From NCBI GenBank assembly GCA_964388945.1, contig CAYMCM010000001.1, positions 11,715 to 75,714 on the forward strand: 64,000 bases of DNA, read 5' to 3'. This DNA comes from an uncultured Roseburia sp. Its GTDB lineage: Bacteria; Bacillota; Clostridia; Lachnospirales; Lachnospiraceae. Below, piece after piece: positions 17,444 to 27,147 of the stretch. Made by a program: the position numbers and the translations under genes. How positions within the stretch are numbered: the stretch's first letter is position 1; every line of letters starts with the position of its first letter. The notes under the pieces are model-generated. The model did not search any database, was not told where the DNA came from, and saw only the letters and a program-made list of their open reading frames with translations.

Positions 17444-19255
17444 TTATGCAAACTGACTATAATAGAGCGAAGCATACGCTCCCTCTTTCGCAAGCAATTC
17501 TTCATGATTTCCTTGTTCGATGATATTTCCATTTTCCATAAATAAAATATTATCTGCGTCACGGATCGTAGACAAACGATGGGCGATCACAAAACTTGTA
17601 CGGCCGCTCATCAGCTTCTTCATTGCTTTTCCTATTTCCGCTTCCGTTCGTGTATCTACGCTTGAGGTTGCTTCATCCAGAATAATGACCGGCGGATTAT
17701 ACAAAAACACACGGGCAATCGTAATGAGCTGTCTCTGACCTACGGACAGGTTATCTGATTCATTATCAAGCAGCGTGTCATATCCTTTCGGCATCGTTCT
17801 GATAAAATAATCCACTTTCGCCGCCTTTGCCGCCGCCTTTATTTCTTCCATAGTTGCATCCGGCTTTCCGTATGCAATATTTTCTGCGATCGTTCCGCCA
17901 AACAGCCAGGTATCCTGCAGTACCATACCGAAATTGTGTCGCAGCTCTTTTCTTGTCAGGTCTGTTGTGCAGACATCATCAATCGTGATCTGACCGCTGT
18001 TTACTTCATAAAAGCGCATCAGCAGATTGATAAGCGTTGTTTTTCCTGCACCCGTGGAACCAACAACAGCAATTTTTTGTCCCGGTTTTGCCGTAAAACT
18101 GATATTTTTCATCAAAATCTTATCCGGTGTATAACCAAAGCTGACATGTTCAAAAGCGATTTTACCCTTTACATCTTCTAAAAGAACCGGAGCTTTAGTA
18201 TCCGGCACTTCTTCTGCCGCATCCAAAAATATAAAAGTACGTTCTGCAGAAGCAAGCGCCGCCTGTAAGGAATTGATCATGTAGGATGTTTCCGTAAGCG
18301 GTTCTGCCGCCATATTGATGTACTGGAAGAATGCCTGCACAACTCCAAGTGACATTTTTCCGTGGATCATCCAATAACAAGCCAATAACATAATCGCAGC
18401 CTGTGACAAACGTGAAAGCAAACGTATTAACGGATTCACACAGTTTGTCAGGAAATCCGCTTTTTTCGTTGCCGTCCGTAATGCATCAACTGCACCATTC
18501 ACCACTTCAACGCTTTCCTGTTCATGGTTATATGCCCGGATCACATCTCTCCCTGTATAATATTCTTCTGTAATACCGGTGAGATAAGCAAGCGCCACCT
18601 GGCGTTCCGCAGCGGACTCAAGATTTTTCTTAGCCACAAACTTTGTGATACAAAGACTTATGATCGTAAATGCAAGAAATACGAGCGTAAGAACCCAGCT
18701 ATAATAAAACATAAATGCCATTGCACCGATCAGCGTACCGATCGCAGTGATCAGTTTCAAAAAACCTGTTTGCAAGGTTTCCGATACCTTGTCAAGATCA
18801 CTGGTAACACGGCTTAAGATTTCTCCCGGCTTGTTTCCATCAAAGAAACGAAGCGGCAGTTTATTCAACTTTTCACTAATTTGCTTACGCAATGTCAGTA
18901 TCAGATTTTCTGCTACACTTGCCATCAAATACCCTTGCAGGAAATAAAACACACTCGTTAATACATACATCGTGCACAAAATGGTCATTTCCTTACCCAG
19001 CGGCTCCCAGTCGATCGAGAACTTTGCTCCGGTATCCAGGCAGTTTTTAATTGTTGCAAACAAACGATCTATCACACCGGCACTATAATACGGTGTATAT
19101 ACATTAAGTACGGTATATAAAATGATGCAAACCGCTACAATTGCTAAACGGATGCGTTGATTCTTTAATTGCCCAAACAAGCGCCATGCTGTTTTTGCAG
19201 CGTTTTCCGGCACTTCTTTATCCGCCTGAAGCGTACTTTCATTACTCATTTTCAT
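17444..19255 (-). CDS. ABC exporter subunit (TMD plus NBD)
   Basis: GSTGAGKTT, LSVGQRQ, ILDEATSSVD, IAHRL. Confidence 0.93.
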   Translation of the reverse strand: MKMSNESTLQADKEVPENAAKTAWRLFGQLKNQRIRLAIVAVCIILYTVLNVYTPYYSAGVIDRLFATIKNCLDTGAKFSIDWEPLGKEMTILCTMYVLTSVFYFLQGYLMASVAENLILTLRKQISEKLNKLPLRFFDGNKPGEILSRVTSDLDKVSETLQTGFLKLITAIGTLIGAMAFMFYYSWVLTLVFLAFTIISLCITKFVAKKNLESAAERQVALAYLTGITEEYYTGRDVIRAYNHEQESVEVVNGAVDALRTATKKADFLTNCVNPLIRLLSRLSQAAIMLLACYWMIHGKMSLGVVQAFFQYINMAAEPLTETSYMINSLQAALASAERTFIFLDAAEEVPDTKAPVLLEDVKGKIAFEHVSFGYTPDKILMKNISFTAKPGQKIAVVGSTGAGKTTLINLLMRFYEVNSGQITIDDVCTTDLTRKELRHNFGMVLQDTWLFGGTIAENIAYGKPDATMEEIKAAAKAAKVDYFIRTMPKGYDTLLDNESDNLSVGQRQLITIARVFLYNPPVIILDEATSSVDTRTEAEIGKAMKKLMSGRTSFVIAHRLSTIRDADNILFMENGNIIEQGNHEELLAKEGAYASLYYSQFA

Positions 19256-20978
19256 TTACCTCCTTTGTCTGTGATTCATAAATTTCTTTATATACGGAAC
19301 ACGTTGCAAGCAATTCTTCGTGTCTGCCGATCCCTACCGGCTCACCTTCATGAAGTACCACAATTCTGTCCGCATGAAGGATCGTACTGATCCTTTGTGC
19401 AATAATAACCACCGCAGCATCTTTCGTTTCCGGAATTAACGCTTTTCGTAAAGCGGCATCTGTTTTAAAATCAAGTGCAGAAAAACTGTCATCAAAAATA
19501 TAAAGTTCCGGCTTCTTCACTAATGCACGGGCGATCGAAAGACGCTGTCTCTGACCACCGGAAAAGTTTGTACCTCCCTGCGCAACAAAAGAATTCATTT
19601 TTTCCGGCAGATTACTTACAAAATCCTTTGCCTGTGCGATTTCCAAGGCATGCCAAAGTTCTTCATCTGTTGCATCGGGATTACCATAACGCAGATTTTG
19701 CGAAATTGTCCCAGAAAATAACCACGCTTTCTGCTGTACAAAAGAAAGATGATCCCGCAACTGGCTTTGCGGCATTTCCCGTATATCCGTACCATTCAGT
19801 AAGATTGCTCCATCCGTTACATCATTAAATCTCATCATCAGGGATGCAACCGTAGATTTTCCGCTGCCCGTACCACCGATGATCGCAGTGGTTTCGCCAC
19901 GGCGGCAGGTAAAATCAAGATTCTTTAGTGTGTATTCATCTGCATCTGCGAATTGAAAAGATACGTTTTGGAAAGTCAGCACATCTTTACTATCCTTTTT
20001 TTCTTCTACACGTTCCGCTGCTTTGTCTGCAATGGTCGGAGAGAAATCTAAAATTTCCATAATACGATTACAGCACTCCAGTGCACGCGGAAGCGTAAGA
20101 ATGACCATCTGTGCCATCATGAGGAAGAACAGGGCAAGTATGGCATATTCAATGATCGCCGTAATGTCACCAATTTGAAAATGACCGCTTGTAATGCGAA
20201 AACCACTAAATGAATATACCAGGATAACAAATACATTGATTGCAAAAAACGACAGACTATCAAGGATAGAAAATCGTTTGTTCACTTTAATCGACGTTCC
20301 TGCGTAATCCATGAACTCCTGATCAAGACGATTCTTTTCGCTGGCTTCTTTATTGAATGCCCTTACAACACGTACTCCGGTAATATTCTCTAAGAGTACC
20401 TTGCTCATTTTATCCAGTTTCTTTTGCAGTTTACGGAACATTGGTGCTGTACTGCGCATAATGACACCGGCTACAATGGAAATAATAAGCAGAACCGCCA
20501 GTAACATAAGCCCCATGAGCCAGTCTTTTTGAAACGCTAATGTCAGCGAAACAATAAAGATCACCGGCACCGGAAACAGCATTTGAAAACAGCTCAAAAG
20601 GGCAAACTGAATATTGGTAATATCTGACACAGTTCTTGTTGTCACAGAAGCCGTTCCAAATGTGCGAAAGTCGTAGCCGGATAAACTTAATGTTTTTTTA
20701 TACAGCTCATAACGAATATCTGCACCAACCTTTGAAGTCAGATCCGCACACAAATACGCACCAAGTATTGTCGCCACTCCTGAGATCAGTGCTGCCACAG
20801 CCATCTTTAACGCTGTACTGAGAAGCATGGAAAATTCCACTCCCATTGTTCCCAAGTTCAACATATCAGCCGCAAAGGTTGGAATGATCAATGCACCAAT
20901 AACATCCACGATCATAAACATGATCGTAAAAAAGCACAGTTTCCAATGCGGCTTTAAAAAGCGAAAAATAAGTTTCAT
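19242..20978 (-). CDS. ABC exporter subunit (TMD plus NBD), degenerate-site partner
   Basis: GGTGSGKST, FSGGQRQR, IFDDSFSALD, IAQRI (D and Q replace catalytic E and H, as in heterodimeric exporters). Confidence 0.93.
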   Translation of the reverse strand: MKLIFRFLKPHWKLCFFTIMFMIVDVIGALIIPTFAADMLNLGTMGVEFSMLLSTALKMAVAALISGVATILGAYLCADLTSKVGADIRYELYKKTLSLSGYDFRTFGTASVTTRTVSDITNIQFALLSCFQMLFPVPVIFIVSLTLAFQKDWLMGLMLLAVLLIISIVAGVIMRSTAPMFRKLQKKLDKMSKVLLENITGVRVVRAFNKEASEKNRLDQEFMDYAGTSIKVNKRFSILDSLSFFAINVFVILVYSFSGFRITSGHFQIGDITAIIEYAILALFFLMMAQMVILTLPRALECCNRIMEILDFSPTIADKAAERVEEKKDSKDVLTFQNVSFQFADADEYTLKNLDFTCRRGETTAIIGGTGSGKSTVASLMMRFNDVTDGAILLNGTDIREMPQSQLRDHLSFVQQKAWLFSGTISQNLRYGNPDATDEELWHALEIAQAKDFVSNLPEKMNSFVAQGGTNFSGGQRQRLSIARALVKKPELYIFDDSFSALDFKTDAALRKALIPETKDAAVVIIAQRISTILHADRIVVLHEGEPVGIGRHEELLATCSVYKEIYESQTKEVNENE

Positions 20979-21108
20979 GTCATACCTCCAAAAATAATTT
21001 TTTTATAAAAAATGCACCCGGTTATTTTTCATAACCGAGCGCACTCGACATCTTCTCCGATATTACAATTCCGATTGTAAATCCTCCGATGATCAATATT
21101 TTTCTTTA

Positions 21109-21549
21109 TCACTGTTCTAAGGCTTCTTTCAGCAATCTGCTGTATTTTCGTGTGAGTCTTGTCAATGCACCTCTCTCTTCTTCAGTCATAGACATCCATG
21201 CCTTTTCTTCCAACTCATACATTTTAACAATATTCTTTTCTACAAAGTTTTTCCCTTCCGTTGTCAGGATCGCTTTTTTGACTCTTTGATTATTTTCTAA
21301 GGTCTCCAGACGGATCAGATCTTTTTTTATCAACTGCTTGAACGCAGAATTTATGGTCTGCCTGTTCATAGAAAGCTTTTCGCTGATTTCACTTTGTGTT
21401 GTAATTCCTTCTGAAATTAATAAAAGAGACCAATATTCAGTTTCTGACAATCCGCAATTTTTGGCAAACCTTGCATAAACAGAATCAAATTCCATTGTTG
21501 CTTCCTGAAATGCAACGAGATTGTGGTCATCATAATCTGTTTTTTTCAT
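21109..21549 (-). CDS. MarR-family regulator
   Basis: CGLSETEYWSLL...TQSEISEKLSMNRQTINSAFKQL...LTTEG. Confidence 0.88.
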   Translation of the reverse strand: MKKTDYDDHNLVAFQEATMEFDSVYARFAKNCGLSETEYWSLLLISEGITTQSEISEKLSMNRQTINSAFKQLIKKDLIRLETLENNQRVKKAILTTEGKNFVEKNIVKMYELEEKAWMSMTEEERGALTRLTRKYSRLLKEALEQ

Positions 21550-21569
21550 TTCTTCCTCCGATTTTTAAT

Positions 21570-21635
21570 TGTCCATTTTCGTACAATATGAAATCGGACA
21601 GTTCGTAGTGTAGTATATCTGCTTGAAATTGTCAA
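21570..21635 (-). promoter_or_regulatory. SigA promoter of marR with a downstream inverted repeat (candidate operator)
   Basis: TTGACA(21630-35)-N17-TACACT(21607-12); TGTCC...GGACA inverted repeat at 21570-21600. Confidence 0.65.
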
Positions 21636-21693
21636 GCGTTTCTTTAAAATATCTTTAAAATACTTCGTACCATATCATATTATCATGACCACA

Positions 21694-23052
21694 TCAGCGT
21701 GTCAGATCCTTCACCCATTTATATTTCCGGAAATGGATGAGCACCCACGGAAGCTTTCCAACCTCATCAATACAGGTACACGCATATACCACGACCACCG
21801 GCCAGTGGAAATAATAAGTTCCCGCAATCGCAAGCGGAATCGCAATGCCCCACATGCACACCGCAAGACTGTAAAAATCAAACATCGTATCTCCACCAGA
21901 TGCAAAGATTCCGTTCATGGTAACATCATTGACCGCACGTCCAATCATATAAAAGGCAATGACTGCAAACATACCCTTTAAATAGGTCGCCGCCTGCGGA
22001 CTCAGCTTGACAAAGTGTAAGATCACCGGCGCGGCTGCACACATAAGAAGCGACATTACCGCTCCGCAGACAAACGAGATCTTTAACAGACGGATTCCAT
22101 ACGTCTTTCCCTTTTCCAGATTCCCGGAACCAAGTTCGTTGCCGACAATAATGCCGGCCGCACTCGATATTCCTGCGCTGAGACAGCAGATAATGTCACG
22201 CACAACTGCCGCAACCGAATTTGCCGCAGCCGCATCCACACCCAGATGTCCCATAAAGGATGAATATGACGTAAAGCCGATCCCCCAGAACAGACTCGCT
22301 CCGAGCAGAGGCATCGCACATTTCCGAAAATCCTGCGCCAGCTCCTTATTGCGCCGGAACAGATATGCAGGCTTCGGATGGATATATCCCGGCAGATAAG
22401 AGACTGCAACAGAAATGCCAAGCTCCAGCACCCTTGAGATCAGCGTTGCGAGCGCAGCACCTTTGACTCCCATCGGTGTGATCCCGAATCCGCCATAAAT
22501 AAATACCGCATTTAAAACGATGTTGATACAGACGGTAAAGGAGCTGATGACCGCTGTGGTCTTAGCGTGTTCACTGGTTTTCATCATGACCAGATAGCAC
22601 TGCGAAATCCCGGTCAGAAGATAGGAAAATCCGGCGATCCTTAAATAGTCCACACCATAGCCGATCAGTACGCTCTCATTCGTAAAGATCTGCATCAGAT
22701 ACTGCGGAACACACACACAGGCACCAAAAAATATAAGCGACACCAATCCGCACAGCCGGATCGCCATACAGAAAATGTCATCCAGTGTCTCTAAATCTCC
22801 CTTTCCCCAATACTGCGCACCCAAAATGGCGAGACTTGCCGTAGCCGCAGTTAAAAACATATTCTGTATGAACTGAATCTGCGTTGCCAGAGAAACGGCG
22901 GACATATAGTTTTGATCCGTTCCGCCAAGCATAAACGCATCTGCCACCGCAACCAGCGCAAGCATCAGATTTTGGAGCACGATCGGCACCATCAGTTCAA
23001 AAAGTTTTTTGTAAAAAACCGTATCTTTTTGTTTTTTAATCCTTCTTCCCAT
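21694..23052 (-). CDS. MATE-family efflux transporter
   Basis: About 12 hydrophobic segments; PIVLQNL, DAFMLG, GAQYWG, GVKGAALAT. Confidence 0.9.
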   Translation of the reverse strand: MGRRIKKQKDTVFYKKLFELMVPIVLQNLMLALVAVADAFMLGGTDQNYMSAVSLATQIQFIQNMFLTAATASLAILGAQYWGKGDLETLDDIFCMAIRLCGLVSLIFFGACVCVPQYLMQIFTNESVLIGYGVDYLRIAGFSYLLTGISQCYLVMMKTSEHAKTTAVISSFTVCINIVLNAVFIYGGFGITPMGVKGAALATLISRVLELGISVAVSYLPGYIHPKPAYLFRRNKELAQDFRKCAMPLLGASLFWGIGFTSYSSFMGHLGVDAAAANSVAAVVRDIICCLSAGISSAAGIIVGNELGSGNLEKGKTYGIRLLKISFVCGAVMSLLMCAAAPVILHFVKLSPQAATYLKGMFAVIAFYMIGRAVNDVTMNGIFASGGDTMFDFYSLAVCMWGIAIPLAIAGTYYFHWPVVVVYACTCIDEVGKLPWVLIHFRKYKWVKDLTR

Positions 23053-23072
23053 TCTTTTCCCTCAATCCATAT

Positions 23073-24470
23073 TTATCTGACTGTTTCATCACATGATATA
23101 AGCGCAATCTTTCTTATTTTCGCGAAAACCGGCGGCGTATGCATCTTTACTCCCACACTGATATGACCCGCTTTTAAGGCAAGCGGTTCATCCAGCTTGT
23201 GTGTCACAAACCGTACATCAGACGGATATATCCTCTTTTCATGAATCACTTCACCGTCTATTCCGATCTCTTTTAAGAAAAATGTCACCTCAACGCCTGT
23301 TGTGTTAGTTCCCCGATAATCTACCAAAACCTGGTAATTCCCAGGTTTTCTTATATATATCTGCCGTTCAACCGTAAAATCAAAATTGGTATCTGAGGAA
23401 ATGTAAAGCCCCTCTTTCGTTGTCTCTACACACACATCCTCCGGCTTCGTACTGCACCACCAGCCCTCTGTTCCATTCTTAAAATCACCATTTGGAATCA
23501 GATTTTCACCTGCATTTCCCTGCGCATCTTCTTCCCATGCATACAGTTGTTCTATAAAACCATCAAGGTCTTGGATCGGCGGATGCTCCCTGTCAAACTC
23601 CCGGTATGCATCCCATCCGGGCAGTGCTGCACATTTCTCATCAAACATGCCCATATTTTCATTCCATGAACCAAATCCGCGCTCCGGCGCACATACCGGC
23701 TCCCAATAGTAAACGCCGGTCTTTCCCGCATTCCCGGTAGCCGTAGCCGCAATCTGCATGATGATCGAAAGTGCCTTTTTCTGCTCCTCGATCCCCGCCG
23801 GCAGACCAGCAGTCTCCATAAGCTCCTTTGAGACATGCTCCCCGTCACAATGTCTCCACGGATGCGCAGTCTCAACCACATAAACCGGAAGCCGGTATCG
23901 CTCGATCAGCCTTTGCATCGTGTCACGCAGATCCATGTATGTACCGTGCCAGAAGGAATAAAACGAGATTCCGATTGCATCAATCTTTTCCATCCCGGCA
24001 TCAAACATCGCATCAAACCATTCTTTCAGATAATAATATCTTCCGCCCTGATCTAGATGGATCATCACCTCTGTATCCGGCGCATATTCCCTCACTGCAC
24101 GTATTCCGGCATTTACCAGCTCTGCAAGCTGTCTGTAATTCGGAACCGCCCCGTCCGGAAAGAGCATCCCGCTTCGGATTTCATTTCCGACCTGCACCAT
24201 ATCCGGTGTGCAGCCGATCTCTTTTAACGCAAGAAGCACTTCTGCTGTATAATCATATACTGCCTTTTTTAGTTCTTCAAAGCCATGCTGCTCATACAGA
24301 GTGTACTCTCCGCTGTTAAATTTTCTGTCACGGCTCCAGGTTCCATTCGTACTAAAATAATACAGGCAGATCTGCTCATCCAGCTCCTCTGCCCTTTTCA
24401 TGATCCCGTCCACCCAGGCGTACGTGACAAGCCTTCTCCAGCCATCCGCAAGAAGTGCCACTTTCTTCAT
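23073..24470 (-). pseudogene. Chimeric ORF: ~60-aa foreign N-terminus fused in frame to an N-terminally truncated GH53 endo-galactanase with a C-terminal beta-sandwich/CBM-like domain
   Basis: GH53 motifs VQVGNEI and VVETAHP are present. The GH53 N-terminal motifs (GADIS, DFHYSD..ADP) are absent and replaced by MKKVALLADGWRRLVTYAWVDG...GEYTLY. Confidence 0.65.
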
Positions 24471-24554
24471 TTGTTATCCCCCAATACCTCTCTATGATAA
24501 GTACATTTAATAGCCTTATTGTACAATACTTTTTCGCATTTTTTCGATTGGGTA

Positions 24555-26165
24555 TCAACAGGCGACTTCTCCGTTCTCCTCACTGATCTCTTTGTTCCGT
24601 TGAACCAGACGCACATTGTTGCGTCCTTTTCGTTTCACCCAGTAAAGTGTCTGATCTGCCGTCGAAGCATAATCCCATACCTGATTTCCCTTGCGAGGAA
24701 CCCAGTTTGCAATTCCGATAGAAATCGTCAGGTTTTCAAGCCCGAGTTTGCTTCCCGCCGCAGCGACTCTCTCCTGTATCTGTTTTGCGCGCTGTAAGAT
24801 CTCATGATCCGCCATATCATCAAACAGGATCATAAATTCATCCCCACCATAACGGAACGCAAACAGCTTTTCGTCCATCTGTTCCTTTAAGATCTCTGAC
24901 AGTGCCGTCAGACACTGATCTCCGATGTGATGTCCATAGGTATCATTCCACTGTTTAAAATAATCGATATCCAGCATTGCCATGCCAAATGCAGTCTGCT
25001 CCCGCGCCGCCTTCGCAAATATCTGATCTGCCTGTTCATTCATCCTGCGCCGGTTCGGGATACCGGTGAGCGCATCCATGTCCGCCTGCTGCATCAGAAA
25101 CATCTTCTCAATCTCTGTCTGACGCAGGGTACTGCGCATCGAGATCAGAGAACGTGTGGATTCCTGCTGTGACTTCACACGCTTTCCTTCCAGCATAAAA
25201 TATTTCTGCAGTTCTTTGTACTGTTTTTCCTCATCCCCGATCATTTGATACAACCGGATCTTTTCTGCCAGAACCTTCAAGCTATGCTCACGGGTCGTCT
25301 CCGTATCTTTGAAATCCCGATCCAGCGTATCTGCCATATGGTTAAGCACTTTCTCAAGCAGTTCATAGTCTTCGATCCGCTTCAGATAATAAATAAACCC
25401 TACGCACTCGTCAAAATATTCGATCAGATTTTCACAGCCCAAAAATGCTTCCAGCGTCTGTTCCTTTAATTCCTGTTCCCTTACGGCATCCCCATACTCC
25501 TGCACATAGATCAACTGATTTACATAAACCTCAAATCCATTGCTGCTCTTTCCGTATTTCGCCAAAAGGCAATCCAGACGCTCTGCTTCTTCCTTCGCAT
25601 GCTCGCTGTCACCCATCTTCATATAAAGCCGCAGAAGCATCGCGGATATCGCTGTTATGTAATCGTTGCGCGCCTCAGACTCCGGCATTTCTTCAATCAA
25701 TCCGAAACTTCTGACCCGATAGTAGAGCGCCCGCTCATAATCCCCGGCTGTCTCACAGAATGCACTGAAATTCATGATAATGGCACCTGTCTCCTGCACC
25801 GGATGTTCCTGCGCAATATCTATTCCTGCAAAAAAACTGTCGATCGCATTGGTGACATCTCCCGCACCCTGAAACGCCAGACCAAGTCTGCTGTAACACC
25901 GTACCAAAAGTTCCCATTCCTCTGTCTTTTTCAGATGCTGAACTGCCCGTGTGAGATAATTGATTGCCTCTCCCTCGGTCTGATAGTTCGCATAAATGTC
26001 TCCATGATAAAAACAAGCGTAACCCGCCAGCACATCATCCTCCAACTGCTGTGCGATCTCAAAGAGCTCTTCGCATTCCGGACCCACATTTTTTCGCTGC
26101 GATCCGTTCTCTTCCACGACATGAATCAACTCTCTGACATGCTCATCATATTTTTCCAGATTCAA
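24555..26165 (-). CDS. Diguanylate cyclase (helical/TPR-like N-terminus plus GGDEF)
   Basis: DALTGIPNRR, DIDYFKQWNDTYGHHIGD, RYGGDEF; likely TTG start at 26165 after GGAGG; TTGACA-N17-AATACT at 26221-26249. Confidence 0.9.
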   Translation of the reverse strand: MNLEKYDEHVRELIHVVEENGSQRKNVGPECEELFEIAQQLEDDVLAGYACFYHGDIYANYQTEGEAINYLTRAVQHLKKTEEWELLVRCYSRLGLAFQGAGDVTNAIDSFFAGIDIAQEHPVQETGAIIMNFSAFCETAGDYERALYYRVRSFGLIEEMPESEARNDYITAISAMLLRLYMKMGDSEHAKEEAERLDCLLAKYGKSSNGFEVYVNQLIYVQEYGDAVREQELKEQTLEAFLGCENLIEYFDECVGFIYYLKRIEDYELLEKVLNHMADTLDRDFKDTETTREHSLKVLAEKIRLYQMIGDEEKQYKELQKYFMLEGKRVKSQQESTRSLISMRSTLRQTEIEKMFLMQQADMDALTGIPNRRRMNEQADQIFAKAAREQTAFGMAMLDIDYFKQWNDTYGHHIGDQCLTALSEILKEQMDEKLFAFRYGGDEFMILFDDMADHEILQRAKQIQERVAAAGSKLGLENLTISIGIANWVPRKGNQVWDYASTADQTLYWVKRKGRNNVRLVQRNKEISEENGEVAC

Positions 26166-26288
26166 AGCAGCTACACCTCCATCCCTAATATCTTTTTCTC
26201 CCCCAACCGCTAATAGTTTCAGTATTGCCCAAAAAATATTAACTGTCAACCACTTTTTTCACGAAAATTTTCGAATATATTTCACTTT

Positions 26289-26906
26289 CTATCTGCCATA
26301 ACAGAAACAATGACAGCATATCTTTTTATCTACATTCGGTGTCAGCGCAAACGTGGAAAAATACACCGTATCACTGCGCAGGAGCTCGGTCTGTCCATAC
26401 AGTACCCGGTATATGGACTGATATTCCTTCTCCGTCGGCTTTGCCGTATCACGCAGTTTCCATGAGCAGAACTGCACCGGATGATCCTGGCTCAAGACCT
26501 CATAGAGTGTATTGGGATAATCCGGGGAGCACATTCGGTTGAAAATGACCTCCACCACTGCCTCCTGTCCTTCTTCCGGCTCTCCGCATGCTTCTACCCA
26601 CACGATCTTTGCCAGAAGGTCAATCTCCTCACTGGTAAGATATATATTCCATCTGTTCTGATACAGATCAAGCGCATTCGTCACAATGACCGTTGTTTCA
26701 GCCTCTGCTGTGATCGGTGCGGCGGCTGCCTGTATCTGCGGCTCTCTGCACAATGTTATTTTCTCTTCAATCTCCTCCTCCTGCTGTGTTTTTCTTTCAT
26801 GTTCGTTTGATTCTGGCGTAAATGATTTCTGTTTCATGTTGGATGCACCCAAAGCACTGCCGCAAAGACACACGAGCAGTATGGCAACCAATATTTTTTT
26901 TGTCAT
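26289..26906 (-). CDS. SleB/CwlJ-like cell wall hydrolase (Hydrolase_2)
   Basis: Signal-like N-terminus; LLAKIVWVEACGEP...VIFNRM...QF; HCF at the C-terminus. Confidence 0.82.
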   Translation of the reverse strand: MTKKILVAILLVCLCGSALGASNMKQKSFTPESNEHERKTQQEEEIEEKITLCREPQIQAAAAPITAEAETTVIVTNALDLYQNRWNIYLTSEEIDLLAKIVWVEACGEPEEGQEAVVEVIFNRMCSPDYPNTLYEVLSQDHPVQFCSWKLRDTAKPTEKEYQSIYRVLYGQTELLRSDTVYFSTFALTPNVDKKICCHCFCYGR

Positions 26907-27021
26907 TTTTTCCCTTTCTTTCAGAACAAGTGATAAAACCCTGCTTTTCATATTTTCATCATATCCATTATTTTGCATTTCTATTCACTTTTTCCCTACT
27001 GGTGCACAGCACCCAATATAC

Positions 27022-27050
27022 ATCATATGAGCATGCAAAAATTTTTATGA
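27022..27050 (-). promoter_or_regulatory. SigE-like promoter upstream of the cell wall hydrolase
   Basis: Minus strand TCATAAA-N14-CATATGAT. Confidence 0.5.
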
Positions 27051-27086
27051 CAAAAAACAGATTCATTTTTCCGCCGCCATAATAAC

Positions 27087-27118
27087 AAAGGATCACAGAC
27101 TGATGCCTGTGATCCTTT
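27087..27118. terminator. Terminator hairpin after the MCP gene
   Basis: AAAGGATCACAG-N8-CTGTGATCCTTT, perfect 12-bp arms. Confidence 0.75.
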
Positions 27119-27147
27119 GATTTTTCCCTTTCGGGTAATTTTTGTTT

